The notes below the pieces were generated by a model. That model searched no databases. It worked only from the letters and a program-made list of their open reading frames with translations, and was not told the DNA's origin. A DNA stretch of 24,360 nt from Candidatus Hermodarchaeum yapensis (lineage in GTDB: Archaea > Asgardarchaeota > Hermodarchaeia > Hermodarchaeales > Hermodarchaeaceae). Positions 24,360 to 24,360 of this stretch are shown in pieces (position 1 is the first letter of the stretch; the number at the start of each line of letters is the position of its first letter). The position numbers and the translations under genes are program-made. The DNA is taken from positions 1-24,360 of the forward strand of contig JAEOSK010000040.1 in the NCBI GenBank assembly GCA_016840405.1. Direction: 5' to 3'.

Positions 24360-24360
24360 G

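Noticed and set aside
1-24360. Genome-wide TAG recoding (pyrrolysine), suggested by two in-frame TAG-NNN-ATG junctions
   Set aside because: No conserved gene is interrupted by TAG. TAG ends the DUF6144-like, aminotransferase and CTL-like genes at natural C-termini, and the 89-aa gene has its own strong SD-like sequence.

Overview
A 24.4-kb, gene-dense prokaryotic chromosomal segment, most likely archaeal. The evidence is TTTATA-type promoter boxes, GGTGA/GAGGGAT-type ribosome-binding sites, T-rich gene ends and PGF-type C-terminal sorting tails. An Asgard-like origin is my inference and is not proven. From left to right the window holds: a partial class C beta-lactamase-like serine hydrolase, an ICMT/PEMT-family methyltransferase, a DUF998-like membrane protein, and a divergent amidohydrolase/TetR pair with candidate operators. 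Next are two paralogous, secreted, 14-repeat LVIVD (probable double beta-propeller) surface proteins flanking a HEAT-repeat gene; they share an almost identical PGF-CTERM-like tail and a 40-bp identical stop/hairpin segment. Two small membrane proteins follow, then an M20 amidohydrolase and an atypical divergently organised ECF transporter (S component, coupled 89-aa membrane protein, fused double ATPase, C-terminally extended EcfT). After these come a creatininase-family enzyme, a GSA-like class III aminotransferase, a proline racemase-family enzyme with an unusual specificity residue, a Cys-rich DUF6144-like protein and a small membrane protein. The window ends with a 464-aa membrane protein showing eukaryotic CTL/SLC44 (Pns1) hallmarks and an AT-rich partial ORF combining zinc-finger motifs with an HExxH motif. 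No rRNA, tRNA, CRISPR array or transposase was seen. Best candidates for something new: the ECF/amidohydrolase cluster, the CTL/SLC44-like protein and the portable CTERM+hairpin cassette. All family calls come from motif recognition by eye; no searches were run.
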